This document shows, piece by piece, positions 1 to 12,641 of a stretch of 64,000 nucleotides of DNA. Every line of letters starts with the position of its first letter. Positions within the stretch are counted from its first letter, which is position 1. The stretch covers positions 186,001 through 250,000 of the forward strand of contig NW_019028989.1 of NCBI RefSeq assembly GCF_002105155.1, written 5' to 3'. The stretch comes from Lobosporangium transversale. Taxonomy: Eukaryota. The position numbers were made by a program, and so were the translations under genes. The notes beneath the pieces are model-generated. The model had not been told where the DNA came from. It saw nothing but the letters and a program-made list of their open reading frames with translations, and searched no databases.

Positions 1-1287
1 GTGAACACTGTTGGAGAAGAAATAGGACGCATAGGCCATCAAGGCGATTAGGCATGATTCCAATCCTGGGTAAAGATGGATATTTGTCCGTTTCAACGCC
101 AGAGCTGCAATCAATCCAATGATAACGCCAATCATCAGGGAAATAGAGAAAACAAAAAAGAATGTTGATACTCCGTGGAGCACATTGCCCAGATGAAAAT
201 CCTCTCCTCTGTATTTTTTCAACGTCCTAATGGAATAGGGATAGTTAGAATGGAGGAGGGGAGTTAAATGTAAATTGAGTGTCGTTAACGCTTTTTTTTT
301 TTTTTGTTACAATATTCCAAATTCTCAAATGTTCCTTACTCAAACATCACAATCGAAACGGCATCGTTGAGAATACTTTCTCCAAAAATGACGGAGTATA
401 ACTTTGGATCTACTTTGAGCTGGTTAAAAATAGCAAGGATCGTCACTGGATCCGTGGCAGATAAGACAGATCCAAAGATCATCGAGTCCAGGAAACTGAG
501 CTGAAGCGATTCAAGTCCTGTCAATGACAACAAGTATACGAGTACACTAATGGTTTTTTTTTTTTTTTTTTTTTTTTTGAAAATCGAAAAAAAAAAAAAA
601 AAAAAAAATACACGTGGTTAGTTGATGAGACTTTTCAGTGAGTGGGAAATTCAGAACATGGCGCTTGCTTTGCCCCCACCCCCCCTTTTTTTTTCTCTTC
701 TCATTTCTGCTTTTAACAGATGTTTGTGAACAAACTTTTGGTCTTACCCAACTACGAGTGCAGATATGAATGTGCCTACAAACGCAAAAGTCAAAATACT
801 ACCAAGGTTTCGGAAGAAGCGAGCTTGCTTCATCTCATATCCTGAATTAAGAATAATTGGCGGTAGTAGTAGGTTGAAAAAGTAGGTATGTTTAAATGTG
901 ACCATATCCTGAACCATGCGTCCTGGCGAGACCCGGATGATGAACCCGACAACCATCCCTATTTTACAAGAGAAGTATATATTTTATTTTATTTTTTTCA
1001 GTGAGCTTTTCTTTCTCTCATATTTGCCACAATTGGGATGCCATCGTAACACTGAGAAGCCTCCCCCTCTTTTTTTTTTTTTTTTTTTTAACTGAAGAGC
1101 TATACTAACCAGTCATGATGGAGATGACAGTCTCATGGATGGCAGTGATCTTGCGAACCTGAAGGTAATACGAAGTCCACATGGCACCGATCAACAACAC
1201 TGTGAGAATTAGTAATGCCCAGCTCGAATACAATTCCTCCACATCAGCTGGTGGCGGAATGCCCTCAGCAAAGTCAATTTCGCCCAT
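1..1287 (-). CDS. NHX1: Endosomal Na+/H+ exchanger (CPA1/NHE family); 3' part runs off the window
   Basis: GT-AG exons 1287-1110, 958-748, 546-340 and 226-<1 splice in frame. Motifs [33 protein letters not shown] and [13 protein letters not shown]. Confidence 0.95.
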
Positions 1288-1788
1288 GGAGTTTAAAATT
1301 ATACAAGTCTGTCAAGTAGATTGCTTCAATAAAAAAAGAAGGTGCTGAAAACGTTAAGGGCAATGGGAAAGAGGAGGTCTCGTGAGGTCGAGAATGCTGA
1401 TAATACAAAATAAAAAAGTGAAAAAAGGAAAAAGGAAAAAGGAAAAGAAATAAAGAAAAATAGATAGGTAGATAGATAAATAGATAGATAATGGGATGGA
1501 ATGGGTAGAGAACAAAGAATTGAATGTGAATGAATGAATGGATGAATGTGAGAGAGAGAATGATATAATTTATTTAATAACGACGTATGACAGAGAAAAA
1601 GCCTAATGGACTAAAAAAAAAAAAAAAAGAAGGGCGAAGGGGCCAATTTTGCAGTGCAACAGAACAGTAATCATATTTTCTCGTCCCTCTCCCTGTCGCT
1701 CAGGGACCAGTTGCACTGCCCAATCACCACGCATATTTCTTATGACTACTACAATTTTTTTATTTCAACATTGAAAAAAAGCCATTGC

Positions 1789-1837
1789 TCATTCCCAGCG
1801 CGACTTCTTATTCCGTCTATTCTCTTCTTCATGCCCA

Positions 1838-1878
<41 letters not shown>

Positions 1879-2662
1879 ATTTACCCCAGGGAAAGAAGCA
1901 TGGAATGATGAATCTTGACTCTGTCCGAGCTCACGCTTCCCAGGTCCTTGCTCTGCTTGGTCTTGCGAGAATCCTCCATGAGGACGATTTGGAAGTGGAT
2001 GCAATCGTTGTTCAAAAGTAGATGCATGATCATTAAACCCACGGCCTCCACGACCCATACCTCCACCCACATTACCTCCTCCACGACCCCCACGACCCCC
2101 ACGACTACCCATACCATCAGCTCCTCCACGTCCACGGCCTTCTGTAAATCCATCACCTCCTCCTCGACCTCCACCTCGACCTCCACGACCCACACCAGCA
2201 CCAGCACCTCCTCCTCCGCCACCCTTTCTTGGTAATGCTTCACGACCATCCGCCGAGACTGCCTCAATATTTGGCTCCAGAATCGTAACACCTCCACGGA
2301 TTGGCTCATGTGGTCCAAAACCTCCGATGACACTGTTGCTCAACCATCGACGATCTGTATCCGTCAATCGTTCTAATGGAATAAGACTGGCCCCTGAAGT
2401 ATAATCAAAGCAATCTCGAGGACCAAATCCACAACCCCATCCAACCTTCATCACCTCTCCCTGTACAGTCGTCCGATCTAGCTCAGCCTTGCATCGTTCT
2501 GCATGGGCTCGATCCGCCATCTTGATAAACGCGTTAAATTTCGCATGGTTCACCATCAAGGTCGCAATTTTGCCTTTGGCCGCAAAGATCGCCTCTAATT
2601 CAGTCTCCGAAATCGTAGGCACAAATGTGCCACCTACCCATAGAGTTCGACTGATAACTATG

Positions 2663-2722
<60 letters not shown>

Positions 2723-4508
2723 GAAAAGAGAGGGAAAATATTAGTTTAGAATGAAAGCTATTTTTTGCTCTCTTTTACTTAAGAAAATTGATGATAAAAG
2801 CTTTATGGTTATACCTCGAATTTGATCCGGTCCAACAGATGGGTCCTCCTTAACGACTATGGGAGCTCTAGGTGGATTAGATTGGAATCTGTCTGTTGGA
2901 TGCTGAGAAGGACCACCATTGGTATCAATAAAAGGCTGTGGCCGATTTGGCAGGCCGGGAAAATTATTGGTACCACTAATGTTATTAATGCCAGGACCAC
3001 CATGGTATGATTGTAGGTGGCTGACGCGATCCATGGGTCCTTGCGTAGATGATGATGATCCATCATCTTGAAGTCGAGGCAGGGGGAACTGACCCGGTAA
3101 TGGAAAAGGCGGAAAGGGGGGTAAAGGTAAAGATGTCGTCGAACCTAATGGCAAATGACCTGCCTGTAGAAGTGATGCATTCTTGTTGGCATTCAGAAAT
3201 GCTAGGTGAGCCATAGCGTTGACATCAAACTCTTGTCCATAGTGATTAGGTATATTGGAGGATGGCGCCGCAGACGACGATGATGATAACGATGATGATG
3301 ACGACGCCGACGCTGGCGCCGACGACGTCGATGGTACATGGCTAGATAAGCCAAAGTGGGGCATCATAATTGGTGGCTGTGCATTTGGCTGTGGCTGTGC
3401 ATTTTGCTGTGCATTTTGGTATGCCAAACGAGGGTCAATGCGAGGGTCTCGTACACCCGAAGACGTAGTTGTAATAGCAGCACTAACGCTGCTGTTGCTA
3501 CTCCCTTCGTTGAAGCTGCCACCCTTTTGTTGAACATCAGTATGCATACTATATGCAGATGGAATAGTGCTTGAAACCATAGTATTATTATTTGAGAGAA
3601 AGGTGCCATTCTGATTGCTATTCAATAACACCCCCTGAAGTTGCTGTAGAACCGGTGGGAGCTCGTGGGCCGGCGCTTGGAAAATAGGAGTTTGTGCGAC
3701 TACGGATGAGGTGGCTGTTGTTGCCGCCGTTGTTAAGGAAGGGTATGTTTGATGTGGAACGGCTCCAGCTTCCGGGATCGATGTTGACGTTCCAGATGCA
3801 GATGCAGATGCAGCCTTGACTTGCGAAACTGTCGCCAATAAGGTCTGCAAAGCCAGAGCAGATGAAGGGTCAGAGATGCCGGCAAGTAAGGGGTTTTTGG
3901 ATGAGGGTGGCTGCTCAGTAGTGGGTAGTATCGCGGGCTGTGTATACGCTGCACCATAACTGATCGGCATGGTTGTCGAGGCAGAAGCATCAGTTGCTGT
4001 TGTTGCTAAAGGGACATAGGAAGGCGTGGATGGCTCAGATGATGTAGGAGTCTGGGCCAGGGATGCTGCGAGAGATGAGATGAATGATGCAGTCTTTTCT
4101 GTCATATCGCTGCCTGCTAAGTTGTCCAAATTGTTTTTAAGTTGACAAAATAAAATAATAATGAGTGAGCATACGAGCAGACCGATCAGAAAGTAATTGA
4201 TACATGCTAATAACTATGGCACTGTTTATGTTGCCCTTCAAAAGGCAAAAAAAAAAAAAAAGAAAAGAAAAAAGAAAAAAGAAAGAAAGAAAGCTTACCT
4301 GATGGTTGGGATTGTGCAGTGTTAACCACTTGCGATGTGGAAGACGAGCCTGTTTGAGCTGCGTTTGATCCATCTAGAAGCGGGAAATACTTCTTTTTGA
4401 TACTCTCTATCACTGTCGACGTAAATGTTCCTGAGCGCTCCCAGATTTCCACAACACGTTTTACTTTCTCCTACGGATCGAGAAACAAATTAAAATTCCC
4501 CCGGGATA

Positions 4509-4539
<31 letters not shown>

Positions 4540-5356
4540 GAAAATTGGCAAGGGATTTATAAAATGGAAGAAGGAAGGAAATTTGGGGATTAATAAGAAG
4601 GAACATTTAGCCAACAGCATAGAGTATGTGCATCATTACAGAATTCATGAATAGATTGATAGTTCATAGCGGCCTTTATTGGTGTCTGCTGCGGCTGCTG
4701 ATAATTTTTCTTTTCTTTCAACTTTTTTTTTTTTTTTTTTTTTTTTTCTTATTTTCTTTTTATATGAGCCCTTCTTCATTTTTCATGTCCTGATGTGGTA
4801 TATGTGGTCTTATTTTTTTTTTTTTTTTTTTTTTTTGATCGAATCCTATATTTGCCCATTGTTGAAAAAATGCCTTCAGCTGAAAATATATTGTTAAATG
4901 TCGGATATAGCCGCCAATTGGTAAAGAAAAAAGTCATTCTGCAGAGGATGCGAAAATGATCCATCGTCTGTGCCTTCAAACAACATCGCTAACGTATTTT
5001 ATATTGATGGTGACTGTTTCCTTGGAGCTTATTGTGAAGATCCATTGGAGAGCGATTCAAGCGTCCTGGAATACTTTCGTGTTGACATTTCCTGCTGATC
5101 GCACTCTCAATATGGTTTTCACTGTGCTAGGCTTTTTTTTTTTTTTGCCTTTTTTCTTTCCTTTTAAATAGTGATTATATATATTATCCTTGTATCCTCC
5201 GAATCAAATCGTTAAACGAGCAAAATCCATGAATACAAGCTCCTGCTTTAGACGGCGTCCTCGCTCCATTTCTCTTCTCCTGAGAAAATCATTGTAGATG
5301 AGAGGGGAAAGGAAAGATAGGTCTATATTTTTGGGGGCTAGATAATAATAATAATG

Positions 5357-5405
<49 letters not shown>

Positions 5406-5843
5406 CTTTTCTTTATCCTCCTGGACTTTGCAAAATTCCGCAAAGAGCGCCTCGATATTTTTCTCAAATCGTGCTACATATTCAGCACCTGTGAAGGATG
5501 ATCCTGAAGAAGCAGAACCCGAAGATGATGCTTTTGTCTTGATCGATTGTGAGGCTCGACAGATAGAGTCAAGCACATACAAGCCTGTGAGCTTGTACTC
5601 GGGCACACACCGAGTAATAAACTTCTCGAGACAGTAAACAACATTTTTGTAGTATCGGGCCGATTTGATAGCCATCTTTGTCAACCGGTCAATCTTTGAC
5701 GCAGATGGATTTCGTGAATCAAATAGACCATAGAGCTCCTTTTGGAACTCGACCACTTCTGGAGGGTCCTGTTTCCCGCTACTACTATTGCTGCCGTTGC
5801 TGCTGCTGCTGCCGTGATGACTTGACGAGTCTTTGTTCGCCAT
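1789..5843 (-). CDS. NRD1: Nrd1/Seb1-like Pol II CTD-interacting (CID) plus RRM termination factor with RGG and polyQ tail
   Basis: Exons 5843-5406, 4470-4279, 4116 (or 4113; NAGNAG acceptor)-2815 and 2657-1789. CID motif SASKIDRLTK...YKLTGLYVLDSICR; RRM ISRTLWVGG...KVGWGCGFGPRDCFDYTSGASLIP, characteristic of Nrd1/Seb1. Confidence 0.9.
5343..5403. repeat. (TAA)n microsatellite at the donor end of NRD1 intron 1
   Basis: About 20 near-perfect TAA units seen directly. Confidence 0.95.
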
Positions 5844-5995
5844 GTTGGTCCAGAAGCACAAAATAAAAAATAAAAAATAAAAAAAAACAATGAAATAGGC
5901 TTATTGTCTGTCCTGAGTTTGTTGATGTACGAGATGAACGATAATGTGATGCTACATTTGAAAGCCTTTTTCATTGTTTGGTGGCTTTGCAGTTA

Positions 5996-6028
<33 letters not shown>

Positions 6029-6325
6029 GTGGACAAAGAAGGTACGGTACCGTTATTTAAATAAAGTCGGCTTTGCTCGCAAAGGCCCAACCCTCTCATT
6101 ACTTCACATTACACTACACATACAGCTCCTAATAGACTGACGGACGGACACAACGAATAGAATAAAAGTCGATAGGAGGAAAAAAATAAAAAAAAAAAAA
6201 AGGAGAAAAAGAAAAGAAACAGGGATAGAAAGACAGATAAAGACAGTTTATAAAGACTTGACACTTCCTAAACGCCAACGACCCGCTGATACCAACCAAC
6301 CAACTTTTCAAAGAATATAATTACA

Positions 6326-6379
6326 ATGAGTGACAATGAGCGAGGAAACGATGATGAATTGTCTTTGCCAAAAGGCATG

Positions 6380-6415
<36 letters not shown>

Positions 6416-6931
6416 AATCCCGTTTCATGCATGAAAAAACAAAAAAAAAAAGCATGAACTAAAGCGGTAATTCTTTTTATTTCTTTTTCCTATTAGCAAC
6501 GGTACAGAAACTCATCAATGAAATGATGCCCGATGACATTGCATGTGCCAAAGATACACGCGATTTGCTGATCGAATGTTGCGTTGGTAAATGGCTCCAC
6601 TTTCATTCTGTCTATCGGTCAACCAAAAAAAAAAAAAAAAAAAAAAAAAAGCTCAAAGAATGGACTTGAAGCATGAAGGATGAAATGCGACAGGATTCCC
6701 ATTAACTTCCTCTCTCTCTCCCTCTCTCTTTTTTTTTTTTTTTTGTTTTTGCGCTTTTAGAATTTATCCACTTGCTTGCATCAGAATCTAATGAAATTTG
6801 TGAAAAGGAGACAAAAAAGACTATTGCAGCAGAACATGTCATTGCGGCTCTCAAGGTAAAAAAAAAAAAAAAAAAAAAAGTCAAATAGGCAGTTGTTTAA
6901 TTGATAAACATTAGAGCAATAAACTGACTAG

Positions 6932-6969
<38 letters not shown>

Positions 6970-7285
6970 AATCTGGATCAAATAGGCACTAGGTTTTGAT
7001 GGATACCTCCCAGAAGTTGAGGTGGTTCTGCAGGATCATAGAACACAGCAAAAATCTAAAGTATTTTTTTTTTTTTTTTTTTTTTTTCAACCAGCAATGT
7101 CGGTACAATTCTTAATATCTTTGCTGATATATTGGATCACTTTGATTTCATACTTTCTGCTCTAGGATAAGGATAAGAAATCGGGAAGGCTAGAGAACTC
7201 TGGCAAGACGGAAGAGGAACTGTTATTGGAACAGACTAGATTATTTGCAGAGGCAAAATCTAGGCAATTGACACAGCAACATTAG
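6326..7285 (+). CDS. NCB2: Negative cofactor 2 beta subunit (Dr1; histone fold); not in the ORF track
   Basis: Exons 6326-6374, 6497-6586, 6761-6855, 6986-7060 and 7166-7285 give MSDNERGNDDELSLPKATVQKLINEMMPDDIACAKDTRDLLIECCVEFIHLLASESNEICEKETKKTIAAEHVIAALKALGF...GKTEEELLLEQTRLFAEAK. Intron 1 has a GC donor. Confidence 0.93.
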
Positions 7286-7578
7286 TTTAGAACAATATCA
7301 AATAAACGAAATCAAGAACCTTAAGCAAAGTGTCATTGCATTGCATATCATCAGCTTCATGGGTTGACATGGTTATTCATGAATGTTTTATTATTACGAG
7401 GTAGGGGGTAATAGATCAAAAGAGATATATATATATATCTTTTTTTGTGCCATTTCGTATACATACACTGGATACATGTGTCTGCATGGATGTAGATGAG
7501 CTTGTGGTGCAAAGCGGATGGGTTTAATTAATTATGTACTATTTTTCGTAGTTCAGCCTCATTTCAGGCTATTTTCAT

Positions 7579-10500
7579 TTATCGTGATGTTACAACCGCT
7601 GATGACAGTGACCGCTTTGAAACAGGTGGTGGACCAATAGCGGATGTGGGCGAAGTCAATGGCATGTCAAGCGAGTGCCTTTCGCGGCGTGAAGGATCGT
7701 AATGAGCATCGGGATGGCGTTGCTGAGGCGATTCATGAGGTCTCTGATGAGGATGAGGTAAAGGAGCTGAGGTAGGACCTTGAGGATAACCATGGCCGGC
7801 GACGCGATACGAGTTAGGCCTGCCCGGCTCGTTGCTCCCAAAGTAACCATTATTTAGGTCTTCACGTGGGAGAGGAGACATCACCAACCTTTCTTCATTC
7901 CGGAATGGTCGTCCAGACATTCTCTCGGCCTCTTCCCGGCTGTACGGCTCTGGTCGATCAGCCTGATGGGAGTATCGGACATTTCCTCCTTCATAGGGCC
8001 TGCCTTCAGAGCCTAAAAAGCGCCGTGGTGGTCCTGGAGACATGGATCGCCTAGATTCACGTGCCATGACCTTAGGATCACTTGGATATCTCGACTGGTG
8101 ATGAAATCCCTCCCGATCAGCATCATATTCCGTAGTACTCTGTGATCGGACAGGGTAATCACGACCCACATGATCCTTCATCATTGGCGGCTTTCCACTT
8201 TCTCTGTAGAAATCTCTCTCCTGATATGGACCAGACTGAGGGTGTCGCTCTGCTCCGACCACACCACTGTATGTATGTGGTCGTTCTGGGCCTGATGACG
8301 TGGCCTCTGGAGCAGGAGCTCGACCGATAGGGACTGGTTCACGGGGATGCTGAGGACTGTGAGGAAGTTGCTCGAATCTTGACCGGTGAGCAGCTCCTGC
8401 ATCAAGCTCATGGAATGATCTTGAGCGTTGCTCGCTCCAACTATGGGCCGGTCCACGCACGCGATCAATGTCAGTCATCGATCGCAGACGATCATGGTCC
8501 AATTCTGGTCGACGGAGAGGCTCTATTGATCGCCCCATCGTTGGAGGCCCTCCTGGGACAGATCGAGCGCCATGACCTCCTGCACCAGGCTCTAATGGAT
8601 AAGGTGAGCTAGGATAGTCTGTAGGTGGACGTTGTGGGATTCGAACAGGGCCTCTGGGCGAAGTTAGTTCCTCCCGTGACAGTGGAGACGAGGGAGGGCC
8701 TCCTCTTGGCCACGAGTCCATGGTTGAGGCTCGAGGTGGTGGGATAGGAGGGTGGGGAGCTTGATCTTGCGGATGTGGTGACGGCATAGGTCCTCTGCTA
8801 GGAGGTGCTGATGACCAACCCGCATGGCGATGTCTTACTTCTTGATGGCGTTGTTGGTCCCATCCCCATCGATCTGGGCCTGAAGCATTCCATTCTGATG
8901 GAGAGGCGCGCCTTGCCTCGGATGGCGATGGTGGGTAATCTGATGGAGGGTGAGTAAAAGTTCGAGCGCGCTCATACTCTGGCGCTTCTGAACGCGTTAT
9001 AATAGGTCCTGGAGGAGGTTGTCTCGAGTGTGGTGCTCCATGGTAATACTCTGAAGGCGGTGTACTGGGATCTTGACCTGGTCCAGGCCATGACCCACCA
9101 TTTCGCCCGTGTGAAGGCGGGCCTCTTCTATCCTGACTAGATATGGCACCAGAGGGTGGTGGGACTGAAGGAAGGGGTGCTGACATTGGTGAAGAGGTTA
9201 CAGGAGCTGAGGGCTGGCCGTGACTGAAGGAAGAATGAGAGAATGAGCGACCATGCTGGGACAAGAAGGCTGGTGTCTCTTTTGTACTTGGTGGCGTCAC
9301 GGCCCTCCGCTCTAGGGTCCCACTCCGGTGAACGAAGCTCATGGGCGCATTTCCAGATGCATATCTCGACTGTGGGCCGCCACTATCACGACGTACCATT
9401 CCTTGCTCCCTTTCGTCCTGTGACTCAAATCCTGATGGATGGATAGGTTCCGGAGCCGAACTAGGCATTTGAGACATTCGCTGGTCCCGCATGGGTTGCG
9501 CTGGGGCAGATACGGACGCTGATACAGAAGCTGATGAAGCGGGCATTGTACGCTCTGATTCCGGTTCCTGTTTTGAGTCAGGACGAAGCGTTGGTACTGC
9601 TTGGCCCTTGCCATGAGCTTGCCCTTGCCCAGCAGGTGAAGCGGTCGTTGGAGAGATGGGTGATGTGGACAACATATATGGAGGACCAGCCTTGGCCGTT
9701 GCATTACCAACTTCACCCGATTGAGATGCAGAAAAATTATTCGATGGCGTCTCCGTTGGTGAATCTTCCATATGATCATCTCCACTTTCTTCACTCTTGT
9801 CCTGGTTGGAGCCAGGAACGGGACCAGGATATCCACTGCATCGGTTGTGACCGAAATCGAGACGAAGATGACGCGTTAGTGCGTCTTGCCTTACAAAATT
9901 ACGGTGACATTCTGGGCAACTGTATGGTTTGATTCTCCAGTGTGTGCGCATATGTCGGTTACAGTCATGTAGTCTCGAGAAAGCTCTTGCACTATTTGAC
10001 GGTAATTCCGATTATAAAAAAAAAAAAAAAAAAAAAAAAAGGTAAGCTTACAGTGATAGATTTGCATTCAACATTGTCACCACACTTTCTCCCTCTTCTT
10101 CCAGTGGAGACCCTTGTCAGCCTACCAACTTTTCCTCTCTCCTCCCTTTTAGGCTCCAGCCATGGATGTTACCCATTTAACTCCACATATGATAGTCTGG
10201 TCCATCTTACAAACAAATCAGAAGTCAGACTTTCATAAAAACTAGCCAAAGATGCGCGCAAAGAAGAAAAGGCAAGAGTCCCTGGTCTTTTATGCGAGCT
10301 AGAAAATATTGGAAAACGAACCTCCAACAAGCAAAGATGGTTCTACAGGTAGAACATTCTCCGTGCCCAGTAGACTAATATTTTTCTTATGATCTGACCA
10401 CTTTTTCACTGCTAGTAGAGTATATTCAGCTTGCAGGTCAATTGAATCTTCCTGCCATCTCTCGCCATCTCTCACCATCTCTCGCCCACATTGCATTATT

Positions 10501-11890
10501 ACAGCTCCATAGACATTAACTTACCAATGGGCAAACGAACAAACAAAAGGCCGCTCTTGTGTATGGGTCCGTTGATGGGATTTAAGATTAAAAGGTCGTG
10601 TAAAGTACTTGTCGCACTGTGGGCACTTGTGCTTTGCTGGGGTCGTCCGCTTTTTGCTACTGCCGTTATTAACGCTCGCAGTATTTCCAAAGCTACCTCC
10701 GTTTTCCCTATTGGCTGCAGCACCATTACTAGCTTCGGCACCATTGGTTGAATTAACACTATGGTTGTTAGGTTGACTATGATGCTCTCCCCCCTGTGTA
10801 AGGCTCTGCTCTGAATTTGGAGGACGCGCCTGAAGGGGCCGGTTATTACGGGGGCCGCCTTGTCGAGGTGACTCAGTAGTGGCGTTCCAGGTAGACATAC
10901 CGGAATATCTCTGATCATCAGCTGAACCATCATGATTATACCCAGATCCATACCCTGCTCCCGGGCGGGGTAAGATATTGGGTAATGATCGGGAGCCATG
11001 GGATGGATGTGGGTGTTGCTGTGGATGGTGTGGAGCGCCAAAGGGCTGTTGCTGTTCTGGGTGTGGATAAAAAGAGCGATTATGTCTATCTGATCCGTTG
11101 TCGTCAAGCTCATCTTCGTCCATAAGCTCATCAACATTTTCCTCGTCTGTTTCACCAGTCTGTTTGTTTTCCCTCTCATCCATATCATCATCATCTTCTA
11201 GCTCATCCTCTTCGTTTTCCTCGCCTCGGAGTCTATTTCTCTGCTGTGAGATTGTATCATTGTCTTTGAATCTTCTCCCTTCGCGCACGCCCTCATGATT
11301 ATGGGATAGATTTTCTTGCGAGACTTTTGTCCGCATTGGGCCGTGATTCTCGTTGGCACCCATTGGGCCCATAGCAGCAGAGTAAGATCGCTGATGAAAC
11401 TCGCTTTCTGAGATAGGCCGTTTATTAGGTAGACGTGGGCCTTCGTTTGTAGGGCTGATGGGGAAGGACGATAGTCCGTTGACTGCCTTTGAGTCCAGTG
11501 GTGACCGAACTTTAGAGGAATGGGTATCTAGATCGTAATACATGAAAAACAATATATATATAAATAAAAAAAATAAAAAAAAAAATAAAATAAAATAAAA
11601 AGACATGTTACTTGATAGCGGCAATCATGGGAAGCATCGTATGATCCCAGGTAGAGATTGAAAACCAGAGCGGGAACACGGAAAAGGAAAGAGGGAGGAA
11701 GGGAAAGGGGAAGAGAGGGGAGGAACAAGTAACTAATAACCAAGATGTGTCTCGGACAGGGAATGGATGAAATGTAAGAGGCAAAAGGATACTTGCTTTG
11801 CAAGAGGAGGTAAGGATGTCTCTGCATCGGTTTGGGGATATTGGATGAACAATATTATGCCTTACCTAGGCTAGTTGATCCGGGCTGCAT
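7579..11890 (-). CDS. C2H2 zinc-finger transcription factor (three fingers) with long disordered Pro/Arg-rich C-terminus
   Basis: Exons 11890-11866 (MQPGSTSL, phase-1 GTAAG donor), 11527-10525 and 9991-7579. Fingers CPQC..HQRTH, CSFAHC..HMRTH (split by an intron) and [17 protein letters not shown] linker. The first exon is less certain. Confidence 0.85.
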
Positions 11891-12585
11891 ACTATAGTGA
11901 CTCTTGAAATGACGTTGCTGCTGCCTGTCTCGCCTCTGATGTTCTCACTCTTGCTTGAATGCCGTCTGCCTGAGGGTCTCGTTTCAACGTATACAAATGG
12001 TGGGGGCGAGCACTGAACCAGTTCGTTTTAAATCCGAGATTGAGACTGATGTGAAGGGGGCGATAACTAAAGATTCCTGTATGGAGAAGAGGAGAAAGAG
12101 ACCAATGCTGAAGAAGGACGGCAGTAAAAAATGACAGAAAAGAAGGGCCAAGATATGACTTCTCGCACAACAATAGAGATGGATGTAAACAGGCTGGAGG
12201 CAGGGACCCTTGATGAAAAGTGCGTCAGTAGAGAGGGAGGCCGATGATGATGGCGACTGTTATCTCTGTAAATAAGCTGCAGGTCAATACAAAGCCGCAA
12301 GACAAAGGCGAGAAAAAAAATATTATGGTGATATATTATGGAGATATAAATAAATATATTAAATGTTAGTGCACAAGACGGCTGCGCTAACGTTGTTGGG
12401 AGTAAAATAGTTGTTGGTGGTAACGCAGTGCGGTTCCTGTGAGTATGGGAAGCAGGAGGCTAATACCGACGCAAAAGGCTAACGAGAACGTTGGAGGCCG
12501 ATATGAGAACGAAGGCAAGAGCAACAATGATCGCTTGTGTCGCGTATTAATATTACTAGGATTTTTCAGCTCTGCAAAGCACAAT

Positions 12586-12586
<1 letters not shown>

Positions 12587-12616
<30 letters not shown>

Positions 12617-12641
12617 AAGAAGAAGAAGAAGAAGAAGAAGA
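12587..12641. repeat. (GAA)n microsatellite
   Basis: About 18 perfect AAG/GAA units. Confidence 0.95.

Noticed and set aside
11607..11640. GTAAC donor as an alternative first coding exon of the C2H2 gene
   Set aside because: The required phase has an in-frame TGA upstream. The 11890-11866 exon fits cleanly.
11892..12173. Open frame ending TAG one base before the C2H2 ATG (possible uORF)
   Set aside because: No ATG in frame and no other support from the sequence alone.
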